NCBI RefSeq assembly: GCF_902652985.1
Contig: NC_047030.1
Coordinates: 14,198,001-14,262,000 of the forward strand
DNA: 64,000 nucleotides
Direction of reading: 5' to 3'
Source of the DNA: Pecten maximus
Taxonomy: Eukaryota
The position numbers were made by a program, and so were the translations under genes. The notes beneath the pieces were generated by a model. It did no database searches, had not been told where the DNA came from, and saw only the letters and a list, made by a program, of their open reading frames with translations. Position 1 is the stretch's first letter. Every line of letters begins with the position of its first letter. Positions 13,991 to 25,900 of the stretch are shown here, one piece after another.

Positions 13991-14520
13991 TATCGGCTTG
14001 AATCAAAGGGAAACGTGGCCATGTATAATTTCGCGTATGCAAATAAAGTGTACCGGTGACGTCCGGGACCCGGTGATGTGACGTCATTAGATTATTGATG
14101 ACGTCAATAACAATTGCAGCTTGGGTCAAAGTTCACCGTGTTAGCCAATCGAAATGCGTACAGAGTCCTGATGTCAAGATCGACTTCTTTCAAAATTTCA
14201 AAAGATGTTCCACAAAATATGCATACATGCTGGTATACTTTTGTATATTCCGTTTCACTTTTGGGTTAGATGTTACATTTAGGAACTTAGAAAATATGTT
14301 TTTCATACTGTTTAATATACTTTTTTTTTTTTTAAATTTACACAATTTCCAAAAACCAATTATGTGCCGCTATTTAATTCCTGTCAAACTATCCCCCAAC
14401 GAAGCAAAATAGGACATATTCGAGCGGCAGGTTTTGATGAAACTTTATGTATTGTTCAATCATGAGAGTTGTATCGTTAATCGCACAAAGTAATCAATAA
14501 TGATATCGATTTGTTACAAA

Positions 14521-14594
14521 AGGAAATCGATAATCCTACGATTATGTCACACAAGGAAATCGATAATCCTACGATAATGTCACACAAGGAAATC
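14521..14594. repeat. 33-bp tandem repeat, about 2.3 copies
   Basis: AGGAAATC recurs at 14521, 14554 and 14587. Confidence 0.8.
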
Positions 14595-17529
14595 AAATGT
14601 TTTCAATGAGATCAAAATTGCTGCCATCGTTCACAAATTTGTCTCCCGTTTAACTTGTTTAAAATTTCTCTTTTATCACCCAGAGTATGATAACTCTGTC
14701 AACCCCTAGGGTATGATAACTCTGTCAACCCCTAGGGTGTGATAACTCTGTCAACCCCTAGGGTCTGATAACTCTGTCAACCCCTAGGGTCTGATATCTC
14801 TGTCAACCCCTAGGGTATGATATCTCTGTCAACCCCAAGGGTATGATAACTCTGTCAACCCCTAGGGTGTGATATCTCTGACAACCCCTAGGGTATGATA
14901 ACTCTGTCAACCCCTAGGGTATGATAACCCTGTCAATCCCTACGATATGATATATCTGTCAACCCCTAGGGTATGATAACTCTGTCAACCCCTAGGGTAT
15001 GATATCTCTGTCAACCCCTAGGGTATGATAACTCTGTCAACCCCAAGGGTATGATAACTCTGTCAACCCCTAGGGTATGATAACTCTGTCAACCCCTAGG
15101 GTATGATAACTCTGTCAACCCCAAGGGTATGATAACTCTGTCAACCCCTAGGGTATGATAACTCTGTCAACCCCTAGGGTATGATAACTCTGTCAACCCC
15201 TAGGGTATGATAACTCTGTCAACCCCTAGGGTATGATTTCTCTGTCAACCCCAAGGGTATGATAACTCTGTCAACCCCTAGGGTATGATAACTCTGTCAA
15301 CCCCTAGGGTATGATACCTCTGTCAACCCCAAGGGTATGATAACTCTGTCAACCCCTAGGTTATGATTTCTCTGTCAACCCCTAGGGTGTGATTTCTCTG
15401 TCAACCCCTAGGGTATGATATCTCTGTCAACCCCTAGGGTATGATAACTCTGTCAACCCCTAGGGTATGATACCTCTGTCAACCCCAAGGGTATGATAAC
15501 TCTGTCAACCCCTAGGGTATGATATCTCTGTCAACCCCTAGGGTATGATAACTCTGTCAACCCCAAGGGTATGATAACTCTGTCAACCCCTAGGGTATGA
15601 TAACTCTGTCAACCCCTAGGGTATGATAACTCTGTCAACCCCAAGGGTATGATAACTCTGTCAACCCCTAGGGTATGATAACTCTGTCAACCCCTAGGGT
15701 ATGATAACTCTGTCAACCCCTAGGGTATGATAACTCTGTCAACCCCTAGGGTATGATTTCTCTGTCAACCCCAAGGGTATGATAACTCTGTCAACCCCTA
15801 GGGTATGATAACTCTGTCAACCCCTAGGGTATGATACCTCTGTCAACCCCAAGGGTATGATAACTCTGTCAACCCCTAGGTTATGATTTCTCTGTCAACC
15901 CCTAGGGTGTGATTTCTCTGTCAACCCCTAGGGTATGATATCTCTGTCAACCCCTAGGGTATGATAACTCTGTCAACCCCTAGGGTATGATACCTCTGTC
16001 AACCCCAAGGGTATGATAACTCTGTCAACCCCTAGGGTATGATAACTCTGTCAATCCCTACGATATGATAACTCTGTCAACCCCTAGGGTATGATTTCTC
16101 TGTCAACCCCTAGGGTATGATAACTCTGTCAACCCCTAGGGTATGATTTCTCTGTCAACCCCTAGGGTATGATAACTCTGTCAATCCCTACGATATGATA
16201 ACTCTGTCAACCCCTAGGGTATGATTTCTCTGTCAACCCCTAGGTTATGATTTCTCTGTCAACCCCTAGGGTATGATAACTCTGTCAACCCCTAGGGTAT
16301 GATAACTCTGTCAACCCCTAGGGTCTGATATCTCTGTCAACCCCTAGGGTATGATAACTCTGGCAACCCCTAGGGTATGATAACTCTGTCAATCCCTACG
16401 ATATGATAACTCTGTCAACCCCTAGGGTATGATTTCTCTGTCAACCCCTAGGTTATGATTTCTCTGTCAACCCCTAGGGTATGATAACTCTGTCAACCCC
16501 TAGGGTATGATAACTCTGTCAACCCCTAGGGTATGATAACTCTGTCAACCCCTAGGGTCTGATATCTCTGTCAACCCCTAGGTTATGATTTCTCTGTCAA
16601 CCCCTAGGTTATGATTTCTCTGTCAACCCCTAGGGTATGATATCTCTGTCAACCCCTAGGGTATGATAACTCTGTCAACCCCTAGGGTCTGATATCTCTG
16701 TCAACCCCTAGGTTATGATTTCTCTGTCAACCCCTAGGTTATGATTTCTCTGTCAACCCCTAGGGTATGATATCTCTGTCAACCCCTAGGGTATGATATC
16801 TCTGTCAACCCCTAGGGTGTGATATCTCTGTCAACCCCTAGGGTATGATTTCTCTGTCAACCCCTAGGGTATGATATCTCTGTCAACCCCTAGGGTGTGA
16901 TATCTCTGTCAACCCCTAGGGTATGATATCTCTGTCAATCCCTACGGACTGATATATCTGACAACCCTCTAGGGTGTGATATCTCTGTCAACCCCTAATG
17001 TATGATGTATCTGTCAACCACTAGGGTATGATATCTCTGTCAAACCCTAATGTATGATGTATCTATCAACCCCTAGGGTATGATGTATCTGTTAACCCCT
17101 AGGGTATGATATCTCTGTCACCCCCTAGGATATGATATCTCTGTCAACCCCTGGGGTATGATATCTCTGTCAGCCCCAAGGGTGTGGTGTCTCGATCAAC
17201 CCCTAGGATGTGATATCTCTGTCACCCTCTAGGGTGTGATATATCAGTCAACCCCTGGCGTATGATATATCTGTCAATCCCTACGTAATGATATATCTGT
17301 CAACCCCTAGAGTGTGGTGTCTCTGTCAATCCCTATGGTATGATATCTCTGTCAACCACAAGGGTATGGTATCTCTGTCAGCCCCTAGGGTATGATATCT
17401 CTTTCAGCCCCTAGGGTGTGATATCTCTGTCAATCCCTATGGTATGATATTTCTATCAACCCCTAGGGTATGATATCTCTGTCACCCTCTAGGGTGTGAT
17501 TTCTCTGTCAAGCCCTAGCGTATGATATA

Positions 17530-19278
17530 CGATGGGTGTTTCATAAATAATGTCATCTGTGCTTTATTTCGCGGAAATCGTGCAATTTATGCACAAAACC
17601 ACCTCGTGTCGATTGAGTGATCACTGGCTCGTGACACAGGTAAATATCTCGCCCACACGTTCACTGGCCTCGGTACAGTGTACATCGTTCCATAGCCTAT
17701 TCGTTAGACTAGACACAAAATTACAGGAAAACGAGCTGAAAATGTTCTTGAAATTAGGGCCTATATAAAAGGTAGGTCATTACTCGGCATAAAGGCTGTA
17801 GATATTCACCGCGAGGTGTGTGACATTTATGGGGAGGGCCAAATGTCTCACAGGTCTGTTTGTAGGTGGGTAGGTAAATTTAGTGCTGGGCAGCAGCAAC
17901 TGAAAGATGCTGTTCACCCAGGTCGTCCTGCAACAACTACGACCAAATGTAACATAGAAAAAATCCGAAATATCCTCAAAACTGATGCTCGATTCACCGT
18001 AAGACAATTGGCCCGAATGACAAACTTGTCGTTAGCAAGAGTTCATGCAATTTTGAAGAAACACCTAAAAGCTAGAAAGATAAATGCAAGATGGATACCC
18101 CATTTGTTAACGGATGAGCAAAAGAAGACGCGTGTAACAATGGCAAAAAAAACTTCTCAAAATGTACCCAAAATATAGTAAAAAGGCTTTTGATAATATA
18201 GTCACTGGTGATGAGACCTGGGTGTAATATTTTGAACCAAAACGGAAGGTTGCCAACCGAATATGGGCCACTAAAAATGCCAGACGCCCAAGTATTGCCA
18301 AACGAATACGAACGGTAAAGAAGGTTTTGTATGTTTTTTTTTTCACTAATAAGGGTCCAGCTATTCAAATCCCGGTGCCAAAAGGCAGAACGGTCACAGG
18401 CAAGTTCTATAAAAAAAGGTTGTTCTGAGAAACTTGTCGTTAGCAAGAGTTCATGCAATTTTGAAGAAACACCTAAAAGCTAGAAAGATAAATGCAAGAT
18501 GGATACCCCATTTGTTAACGGATGAGCAAAAGAAGACGCGTGTAACAATGGCAAAAAAACTTCTCAAAATGTACCCAAAATATAGTAAAAAGGCTTTTGA
18601 TAATATAGTCACTGGTGATGAGACCTGGGTGTAATATTTTGAACCAAAACGGAAGGTTGCCAACCGAATATGGGCCACTAAAAATGCCAGACGCCCAAGT
18701 ATTGCCAAACGAATACGAACGGTAAAGAAGGTTTTGTATGGTTTTTTTTTCACTAATAAGGGTCCAGCTATTCAAATCCCGGTGCCAAAAGGCAGAACGG
18801 TCACAGGCAAGTTCTATAAAAAAAGGTTGTTCTGAGAAAGTTGAAGAACTACTACAAAAGTCGCCGCCCCAAAACAGGACTTAAGTATGTCCGACTTTTG
18901 CATGATAATGAACCCGCTCACAAGGCACGTTTTGCGACTGACTTTTTGGAGTCGGAGAAGGTTACCGTCCTTCCGCACCCTCGATATTCGCCAGACTTGG
19001 CCCCCTCTGACTATTTTCTCATTCCAAACCTTAAATATCATTTATCTGGAAGGAGATACAATTCGAGAAATGCCCTTGGATCTGCTGTTTATCAGTGTCT
19101 GATGGTTGTACCCATTGAAGAGTATGAAAAATGCTTCCAAAAATGGATTGACCGGCTAAAAAGGTATGTTCTGGCTGGCGGAGAGTATTTTGAAGGGCAG
19201 AGCAAATTAAAATGAACAAAAGCACTTCCGCTATATGAGCACCGATGCAAGTGACATTATTTTTTGGAACACCCCTCG
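17530..19278 (+). mobile_element. Mariner (DD34D) DNA transposon, full-length but inactive, with an internal ~408-bp tandem duplication
   Basis: TA TSD at 17528-17529 and 19279-19280. TIRs CGATGGGTGTTTCATAAATAATGTCA / rc CGAGGGGTGTTCCAAAAAATAATGTCA. The empty site rebuilds a GATATATCTGTC satellite unit. Length without the duplication is about 1.34 kb. Confidence 0.95.
17720..19215 (+). pseudogene. Mariner transposase pseudogene
   Basis: HTH region, WIPHLL, TGDETW, HDNEP and YSPDLAPSDY motifs. Likely start codon mutated (ATT at 17720). Premature TAA after DETWV in both duplicate copies, plus frameshifts. Confidence 0.93.
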
Positions 19279-20474
19279 TATCTGTCAATCCCTACGGAAT
19301 GATATATCTGTCAACCCCTAGGGTATGATTTCTCTGTCAACACCTAGGAAATTATATCTCTGTCAGCCCTTAGGGTATGATATCTCTGTCAGTCCCTAGG
19401 GTGTGGTGTCTCTGTCAACCCCTATGGTATGATATATCTGTCAACCCCAAGGGTATGATATATCTGTCAGCCCCTAGGGTATGATATATCTGTCAACCCC
19501 TAGGGTATGGTCTCTCTGTCAACCCCTAGTGTATGATATCTCTGTCAACCCCTAGGGTGTGGTCTCTCTGTCCATCCCTATGGTATGCAATCTCTGTCAA
19601 CCCTAGGGTGTGATATATCTGTCAACCCCTATGGCATGGTATCTCTGTCAACCCCTAGGGTATGATTTCTCTGTCAACCCCTAGGGTATGATTTCTCTGT
19701 CAACCCCTAGGGTATGATTTCTCTGTCAACCCCGATGGTATGATATATCTGTCAACCCCTATGGTATGATATATCTGTCAATCCCTAGGGTGTGATATCT
19801 CTGTCAACCCCTAGGGTATGATATTTCTGTCAACCCCTAGGGTATGCTTTCTCTGTCAGCCCCTAGGGTGTGGTGTCTCTGTCAACCCCTATGGTATGAT
19901 ATCTCTGTCAACCCCTATCATATGATATATCTGTCAACCCCTAGGGTGTGATATTTCTGTCAACCCCTAGGGTGTGATATTTCTGTCAACCCCCTAGGGT
20001 ATGATTTCTCTGTCACCCCTAGGGTATGATAACTCTGTCAACCCCTAGGATGTGATAACTCTGTCAACCCCTATATGGTGTGATATCTCTGTCAACCCCT
20101 ATCGTATGATATTTCTGTCAACCCCTAGGATGTGATATCTCTGTCAACCCCTAGGATGTGATATTTCTGTCAACCCCTACCGTATGATATATCTGTCAAC
20201 CCCTATGGTGTGATATCTCTGTCAACCCCTATCGTATGATATTTCTGCCAACCCCTAGGGTGTGATATCTCTGTCAACCCCTAGCGTATGATATATCTGT
20301 CAACCCCTAGGGTATGATGTCTCTGTCAACCCCTAGGATGTGATATCTCTGTCAACCCCTAGCGTATGATATATCTGTCAACCCCTAGGGTATGATATCT
20401 CTGGCAATCCCTAGCGTATGATATATATGTCAACCCCTAGGGTGTGGTGTCTCTGTCAAACCCTAGGGTGTGAT

Positions 20475-22923
20475 TAATAGAATCTATCGCTAGTTAGTGT
20501 GTGGGATAGAGAAATCTCAACCACGAAGGTTTAGTTTTTGTCCAGGACGAGGCTTGCCGAGTCCTGGACTAAAAATCTAAACCTGAGTGGTTGAGATTTC
20601 TCTATCCCACACACTAACTAGCGATTGATTATTTTTCTCACACTTGTGACAGAGTTTATATTGCATAAATTAGTATTTCCTGTAGCAATTAAACCATTTT
20701 AGATGTTGGCGCAGTAATACGTTCAGCACTACTTCCACTTCCTGTCTGTCGGTCAACTTCCTGTTGTCTGTCTGTCAACTTCCTGTTGTCTGTCTTCTGC
20801 TTCAGTTCATCATATTGTATTCTGAAATGGAAAAAAACATTTAAGATTGGTGATTATGTGACTGTTGGTGCAGGTGGTAAGAAAGGAAAAATTGTAAACA
20901 CTGAAAAACCCTTGGGTACATACACCATGTACAAAATACAACTGTTAGATGGTGGAAATATTGTAAGTGCTGCCAGGCATGAACTGGTTAAAGGAATGCC
21001 CATGGATGAATTCGATTTTGGTCAAATATTTGGAGAGGAACTTGCAGACAAGTATGATCACTCTCTACTTCATGATATATTTGATACACCTACTCACACA
21101 GATAATGGTCATGCACAAATACAATCTGAGAATTCTGCGGCTACAGGTTCATCCCTACCCCCAGATCCTTCATTTCCAAATTCTGCCAAAACTGGTCAAG
21201 ATTCCACTTCTAGATTTGTTCCTATTGATGATGGTGATGTGGAGAAATTTTTGAATGAAAATAAAAATAAAAACACAGCAAGAAAAACATTGAGCCATAT
21301 AAAACTGTTGAAAACATTTCTGGAATCCAAAAATGAGGTTAGAGAACCCCAAAACATACCGCCTGAACAGCTTAATGAATATCTGTGTCAATTCATCATC
21401 TCTGTCAGACAAAAAGATGGTAAGGAGTATCAGCCGTCAGTATTGCGAGGAATGATTGGTTCTTTTGACCGCCATTTGAAACGACACAAGTATGAGTGTA
21501 ACATAATTGGAGGGTTTCCTTTTTCTAAGACAAGGGATGCGTTGAAATCTAAGCAAAAGGACCTAAAAAAACAAGGGCTTGGAAATAAACCTAAAGCAGC
21601 TGACCCAATCACTCAAAAAGACATTGAACAATTTTACAGTGCTGGTCAACTTGGAAATGACACACCCTCTAGTTTAATCAATACCCTTTGGCTGAATAAC
21701 ACTTTGCATTTTGGCATGAGAGGTGGTGCTGAAGAGCACAGAGCCATGCGTTGGGGCGACTTGGAGCTTAAATACGATCACAATTTGGGCTTAGAATATT
21801 TAACACATAACGAGAGACAGACAAAAACCAGAACCGGTGCTGACCTTACCAATATTCGTTATTCAAACCCAAAAATGTATGAACTACCCGACAAAAAAGA
21901 CCGCTGTCCAGTCACGACTTACAAAAAATTCTCGGACAAACGACCAGCTGGTTTCAGTCAACCACATCATCCATTTTATTTAGCTGTGGTTACACATGTG
22001 GCCAATCCAACTGATGAGGAGAAATGGTTTTTAAGTGGACCTATTGGTGTAAACAAACTGAGATCTCTGATGTCAACAATGATAAAAAAATCAAACATGA
22101 ATGACGAAGGCAAACGACTTACCAACACTAGCGCCAGAAAACATCTCTGTCAACTTCTGCTGGACAACAACGTGCCCGACACACTGGCTGTGCATTGGAC
22201 CGGCCATAAAAACCCAAACTCGCTGAACAATTACAGAACTGTGTCTTCAGAAACTCAGTTGCATGTCTCGAACATGTTGTGTGGAATTACTCGCCCTTGC
22301 TTACCGAATGAACGGATATCCGGTCTCCAGTCGTCGACGCAGTCAAGCACAACGAAACACACTGTAAACACTAGTACTTCCAGCACGCTGAGATCTGTTT
22401 TTGACGGTGCCACGATTCACGGGGGCACTTTTAACGTTCATATTCATAACCATAGCCAAAAACGCCCAGCAAAACGAAGGAGACCAGCTTTAGTCTTCAG
22501 TGATAGCGATGACGACTTCCAGTGACCTATACATTGGTACATTGTATTTATTCTAACCACAGGGGCCGGTGATTCTAACCTTAACGTTAAGCTAATATTA
22601 GCGTGTTTCGGAGTACACAGACTGACGTTTTCGCTTAAATTAATTTACCGGAAGAATTTCAATGTGTATATTGATGAAAATAAAATTCATTGTATTTATT
22701 CAAAATTTTCTTTTTATGTTATTTGATTCCATGCAATTTATTTAAAATAACAGTTGAAAAAAAAACGAACTATATTTTTTTGAGGAAGAAAAAAATCCTT
22801 CGATTTCAAGAGATTGCTGCGGTTGCATTGTGACGTCATAGCACGAGCTGTCCCACCCTAGGTTGGGACAGGAATATCCCCAACTAGTAAAACTACGGGA
22901 AAACTCTGTCACAAGTGTGAGAA
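20475..22923 (+). mobile_element. Crypton (tyrosine-recombinase DNA transposon), apparently full length, no TSD
   Basis: 5' hairpin 20481-20630 (loop ACGAGGCTTGCCGAGT). Perfect 24-bp inverted repeat at 20634-20657 / 22901-22924. Single YR ORF, AATAAA at 22679, subterminal palindrome at 22848-22871. The flanks rejoin as GGGTGTGAT^ATCTCTGTC, an intact satellite unit. Confidence 0.9.
20786..22525 (+). CDS. Crypton tyrosine recombinase (DUF3504 / ZMYM-KCTD1-QRICH1-related family), intronless
   Basis: 579-aa ORF. Core-binding region NTARKT...LCQFIISVRQKDGKEYQPSVLR. Catalytic motifs FGMRGG (R), ERQTKTRTG (K), RCPV, TNTSARK (HxxR position) and TGHKNPNSLNNY (H, Y). C-terminal basic NLS-like and acidic tail. 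The probable true ATG (20827) is 1 nt out of frame across an A7 run. Confidence 0.92.
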   Translation: MSVFCFSSSYCILKWKKTFKIGDYVTVGAGGKKGKIVNTEKPLGTYTMYKIQLLDGGNIVSAARHELVKGMPMDEFDFGQIFGEELADKYDHSLLHDIFDTPTHTDNGHAQIQSENSAATGSSLPPDPSFPNSAKTGQDSTSRFVPIDDGDVEKFLNENKNKNTARKTLSHIKLLKTFLESKNEVREPQNIPPEQLNEYLCQFIISVRQKDGKEYQPSVLRGMIGSFDRHLKRHKYECNIIGGFPFSKTRDALKSKQKDLKKQGLGNKPKAADPITQKDIEQFYSAGQLGNDTPSSLINTLWLNNTLHFGMRGGAEEHRAMRWGDLELKYDHNLGLEYLTHNERQTKTRTGADLTNIRYSNPKMYELPDKKDRCPVTTYKKFSDKRPAGFSQPHHPFYLAVVTHVANPTDEEKWFLSGPIGVNKLRSLMSTMIKKSNMNDEGKRLTNTSARKHLCQLLLDNNVPDTLAVHWTGHKNPNSLNNYRTVSSETQLHVSNMLCGITRPCLPNERISGLQSSTQSSTTKHTVNTSTSSTLRSVFDGATIHGGTFNVHIHNHSQKRPAKRRRPALVFSDSDDDFQ

Positions 22924-25900
22924 ATCTCTGTCAACCCCTAGGGTGTGGTCTCTCTGTCAATCCCTATGGTATGGTATCTCTGTCAACCCCTAGGGTGTGA
23001 TATATCTTTCAACCCCTATGGTGTGGTCTCTCTGTCAATCCCTATGGTATGATATATCTGTCAACCCCAAGGTTATGATTTCTCTGTCAACCCCTATGGT
23101 ATTATATCTCTGTCAATCCCTATGGCATGATTTCTCTGTCAACACCTAGGGTGTGATATCTATGTCAACCGCTATGGTATGATACCTCTGTCAACCCCTA
23201 GGTTATGATATCTCTGTCAACCCCTATGGTATGATACCTCTGTCAACCCCAAGGGTATGATTAATCTGTCAACCCCTAGGGTGTGATACCTCTGTCAATC
23301 CCTACGGAATGATATCTCTGTCAACCCCTATGGTATGATATCTCTGTCAATCCCTATGGTATGATTTATCTGTCAACCCCTAGCGTATGCTATCTCTGTC
23401 AACCCCTAGGGTATGATATCTCTGTCAACCCCTAGGGTGTGATACCTCTGTCAATCCCTACGGAATGATTTATCTGTCAACCCCTAGCGTATGCTATCTC
23501 TGTCAACCCCTAGGGTATGATATCTCTGTCAACCCCTAGGGTGTGATACCTCTGTCAATCCCTACGGAATGATATCTCTGTCAACCCCTAGGGTATGATT
23601 TATCTGTCAACCCCTAGGGTATGATTTATCTGTCAACCCCTATGGTGTGATATCTCTGTCAATCCCTACGGAATGATATCTCTGTCAACCCCTAGGGTAT
23701 GATTTATCTGTCAACCCCTAGGGTATGATTTATCTGTTAACCCCTAGGGTGTGATACCTCTGTCAATCCCTACGGAATGATATCTCTGTCAACCCCTAGG
23801 GTATGATTTATCTGTCACTTCCTAGGGTGTGGTCTCTCTGTCAATCCCTAGGGTAGGATTTCTCTGTCAACCCCTAGGGTGTGGTCTCTCTGTCAACCCC
23901 TATGGTATGATACCTCTGTCAACCCCTAGGGTGTGGTATCTCTGTCAACCCCTATGGTATGATACCTCTGTCAATCCCTAGGGTGTGATACCTCTGTCAA
24001 CCCCTATGGTATTATACCTCTGTCAACCCCTAGGGTGTGATATATCTGTCAACCCCTAGGGTGTGATACCTCTGTCAACCCCTAGGGTGTGATAACTCTG
24101 TCAATCCCTATGGTATGATATCTCTGTCAATCCCTACGATATGATATATCTGTCAACCCCTAGGGTGTGATATCTCTGTCGACCCCTAGGGTGTGATATC
24201 TCTGTCGACCCCTAGGGTGTGATATCTCTGTCAACCCCTAGGGTGTGATATTTCTGTCAAACCCTAGGGTGTGATATCTCTGTCAACCCCTAGGGTGTGA
24301 TATCTCTGTCGACCCCTAGGGAATGATATTTCTGTTAACCCCTAGGGTATGATTTCTTTGTCAACCCTCTAAGGTGTGATTTCTCTGTCAACCCCTAGGG
24401 TGTGATATATCTGTCAACCTCTAGGTAATGATATCTCTTTCAGCCCCTAGGGTGTGATATCTCTGTCAACCCCTAGGGTATGATATCTCTATCAACCCCT
24501 AGGGTATGATACCTTTGACAACCCCTAGGGTGTGATATTTTTGTCAATCCCTAGGGTATGATATTTCTGTCAACCCCTAGGGTGTGATATCTCTGTCAAC
24601 CCCTAGGGTATGATACCTTTGACAACCCCTAGGGTGTGATATTTCTGTCAACCCCTAGGGTGTGATATATCTGTCAATCCCTACGGAATGATATCTCTGT
24701 CAACCCCTATGGTATGATATCTCTGTCAATCCCTATGGTATGATTTATCTGTCAACCCCTAGCGTATGATATCTCTGTCAACCCCTAGGGTATGATATCT
24801 CTGTCAACCCCTAGGGTGTGGTACCTCTGTCAATCCCTACGGAATGATATCTCTGTCAACCCCTAGGGTGTGATATTTCTGTCAACCCCTAGGGTGTGAT
24901 ATTTCTGTCAACCCCCTAGGGTATGATTTCTCTGTCACCCCTAGGGTATGATAACTCTGTCAACCCCTAGGATGTGATAACTCTGTCAACCCCTATATGG
25001 TGTGATATCTCTGTCAACCCCTAGGGTATGATTTATCTGTCAACCCCTATGGTGTGATATCTCTGTCAATCCCTACGGAATGATATCTCTGTCAACCCCT
25101 AGGGTATGATTTATCTGTCAACCCCTAGGGTATGATTTATCTGTTAACCCCTAGCGTATGATATCTCTGTCAACCCCTATCGTATGATATATCTGTCAAC
25201 CCTTAGGGTGTGATATTTCTGTCAACCCCTAGGGTGTGATATTTCTGTCAACCCCTAGGGTATGATTTCTCTGTCACCCCTAGGGTATGATAACTCTGTC
25301 AACCCCTAGGATGTGATAACTCTGTCAACCCCTATCGTATGATATATCTGTCAACCCCTATGGTGTGATATCTCTGTCAACCCCTATCGTATGATATTTC
25401 TGTTAACCCCTAGGGTGTGATATCTCTGTCAACCCCTAGCGTATGATATATCTGTCAACCCCTAGGGTGTGATATCTCTGTGAATCCCTAGGGTATGATA
25501 TCTCTGGCAACCCCTAGCGTATGATATATCTGTCAACCCCTAGGGTGTGGTCTCTCTGTCAAACCCTAGGGTGTGATATCTCTGTCAACCCCTAGGGTGT
25601 GGTCTCTCTGTCAATCCCTATGGTATGATATATCTGTCAACCCCAAGGTTATGATTTCTCTGTCAACCCCTATGGTATTATATCTCTGTCAATCCCTATG
25701 GTATGATTTCTCTGTCAACCCCTAGGGTGTGATATCTATGTCAACCGCTATGGTATGATACCTCTGTCAACCCCTAGGGTATGATATCTCTGTCAACCCC
25801 TATGGTATGATACCTCTGTCAACCCCAAGGGTATGATTAATCTGTCAACCCCTAGGGTGTGATACCTCTGTCAATCCCTACGGAATGATATCTCTGTCAA

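Noticed and set aside
20786-22525. Domesticated host gene (ZMYM/KCTD1/QRICH1) or phage integrase contamination
   Set aside because: Intronless, bounded by element ends, and inserted into a satellite with empty-site paralogues; no MYM zinc fingers or BTB domain; no phage genes nearby.
20468-22920. GTGTGA as a 6-bp target-site duplication of the Crypton
   Set aside because: The right copy lies inside the element's own 24-bp inverted repeat, and the empty-site paralogues show no duplication.
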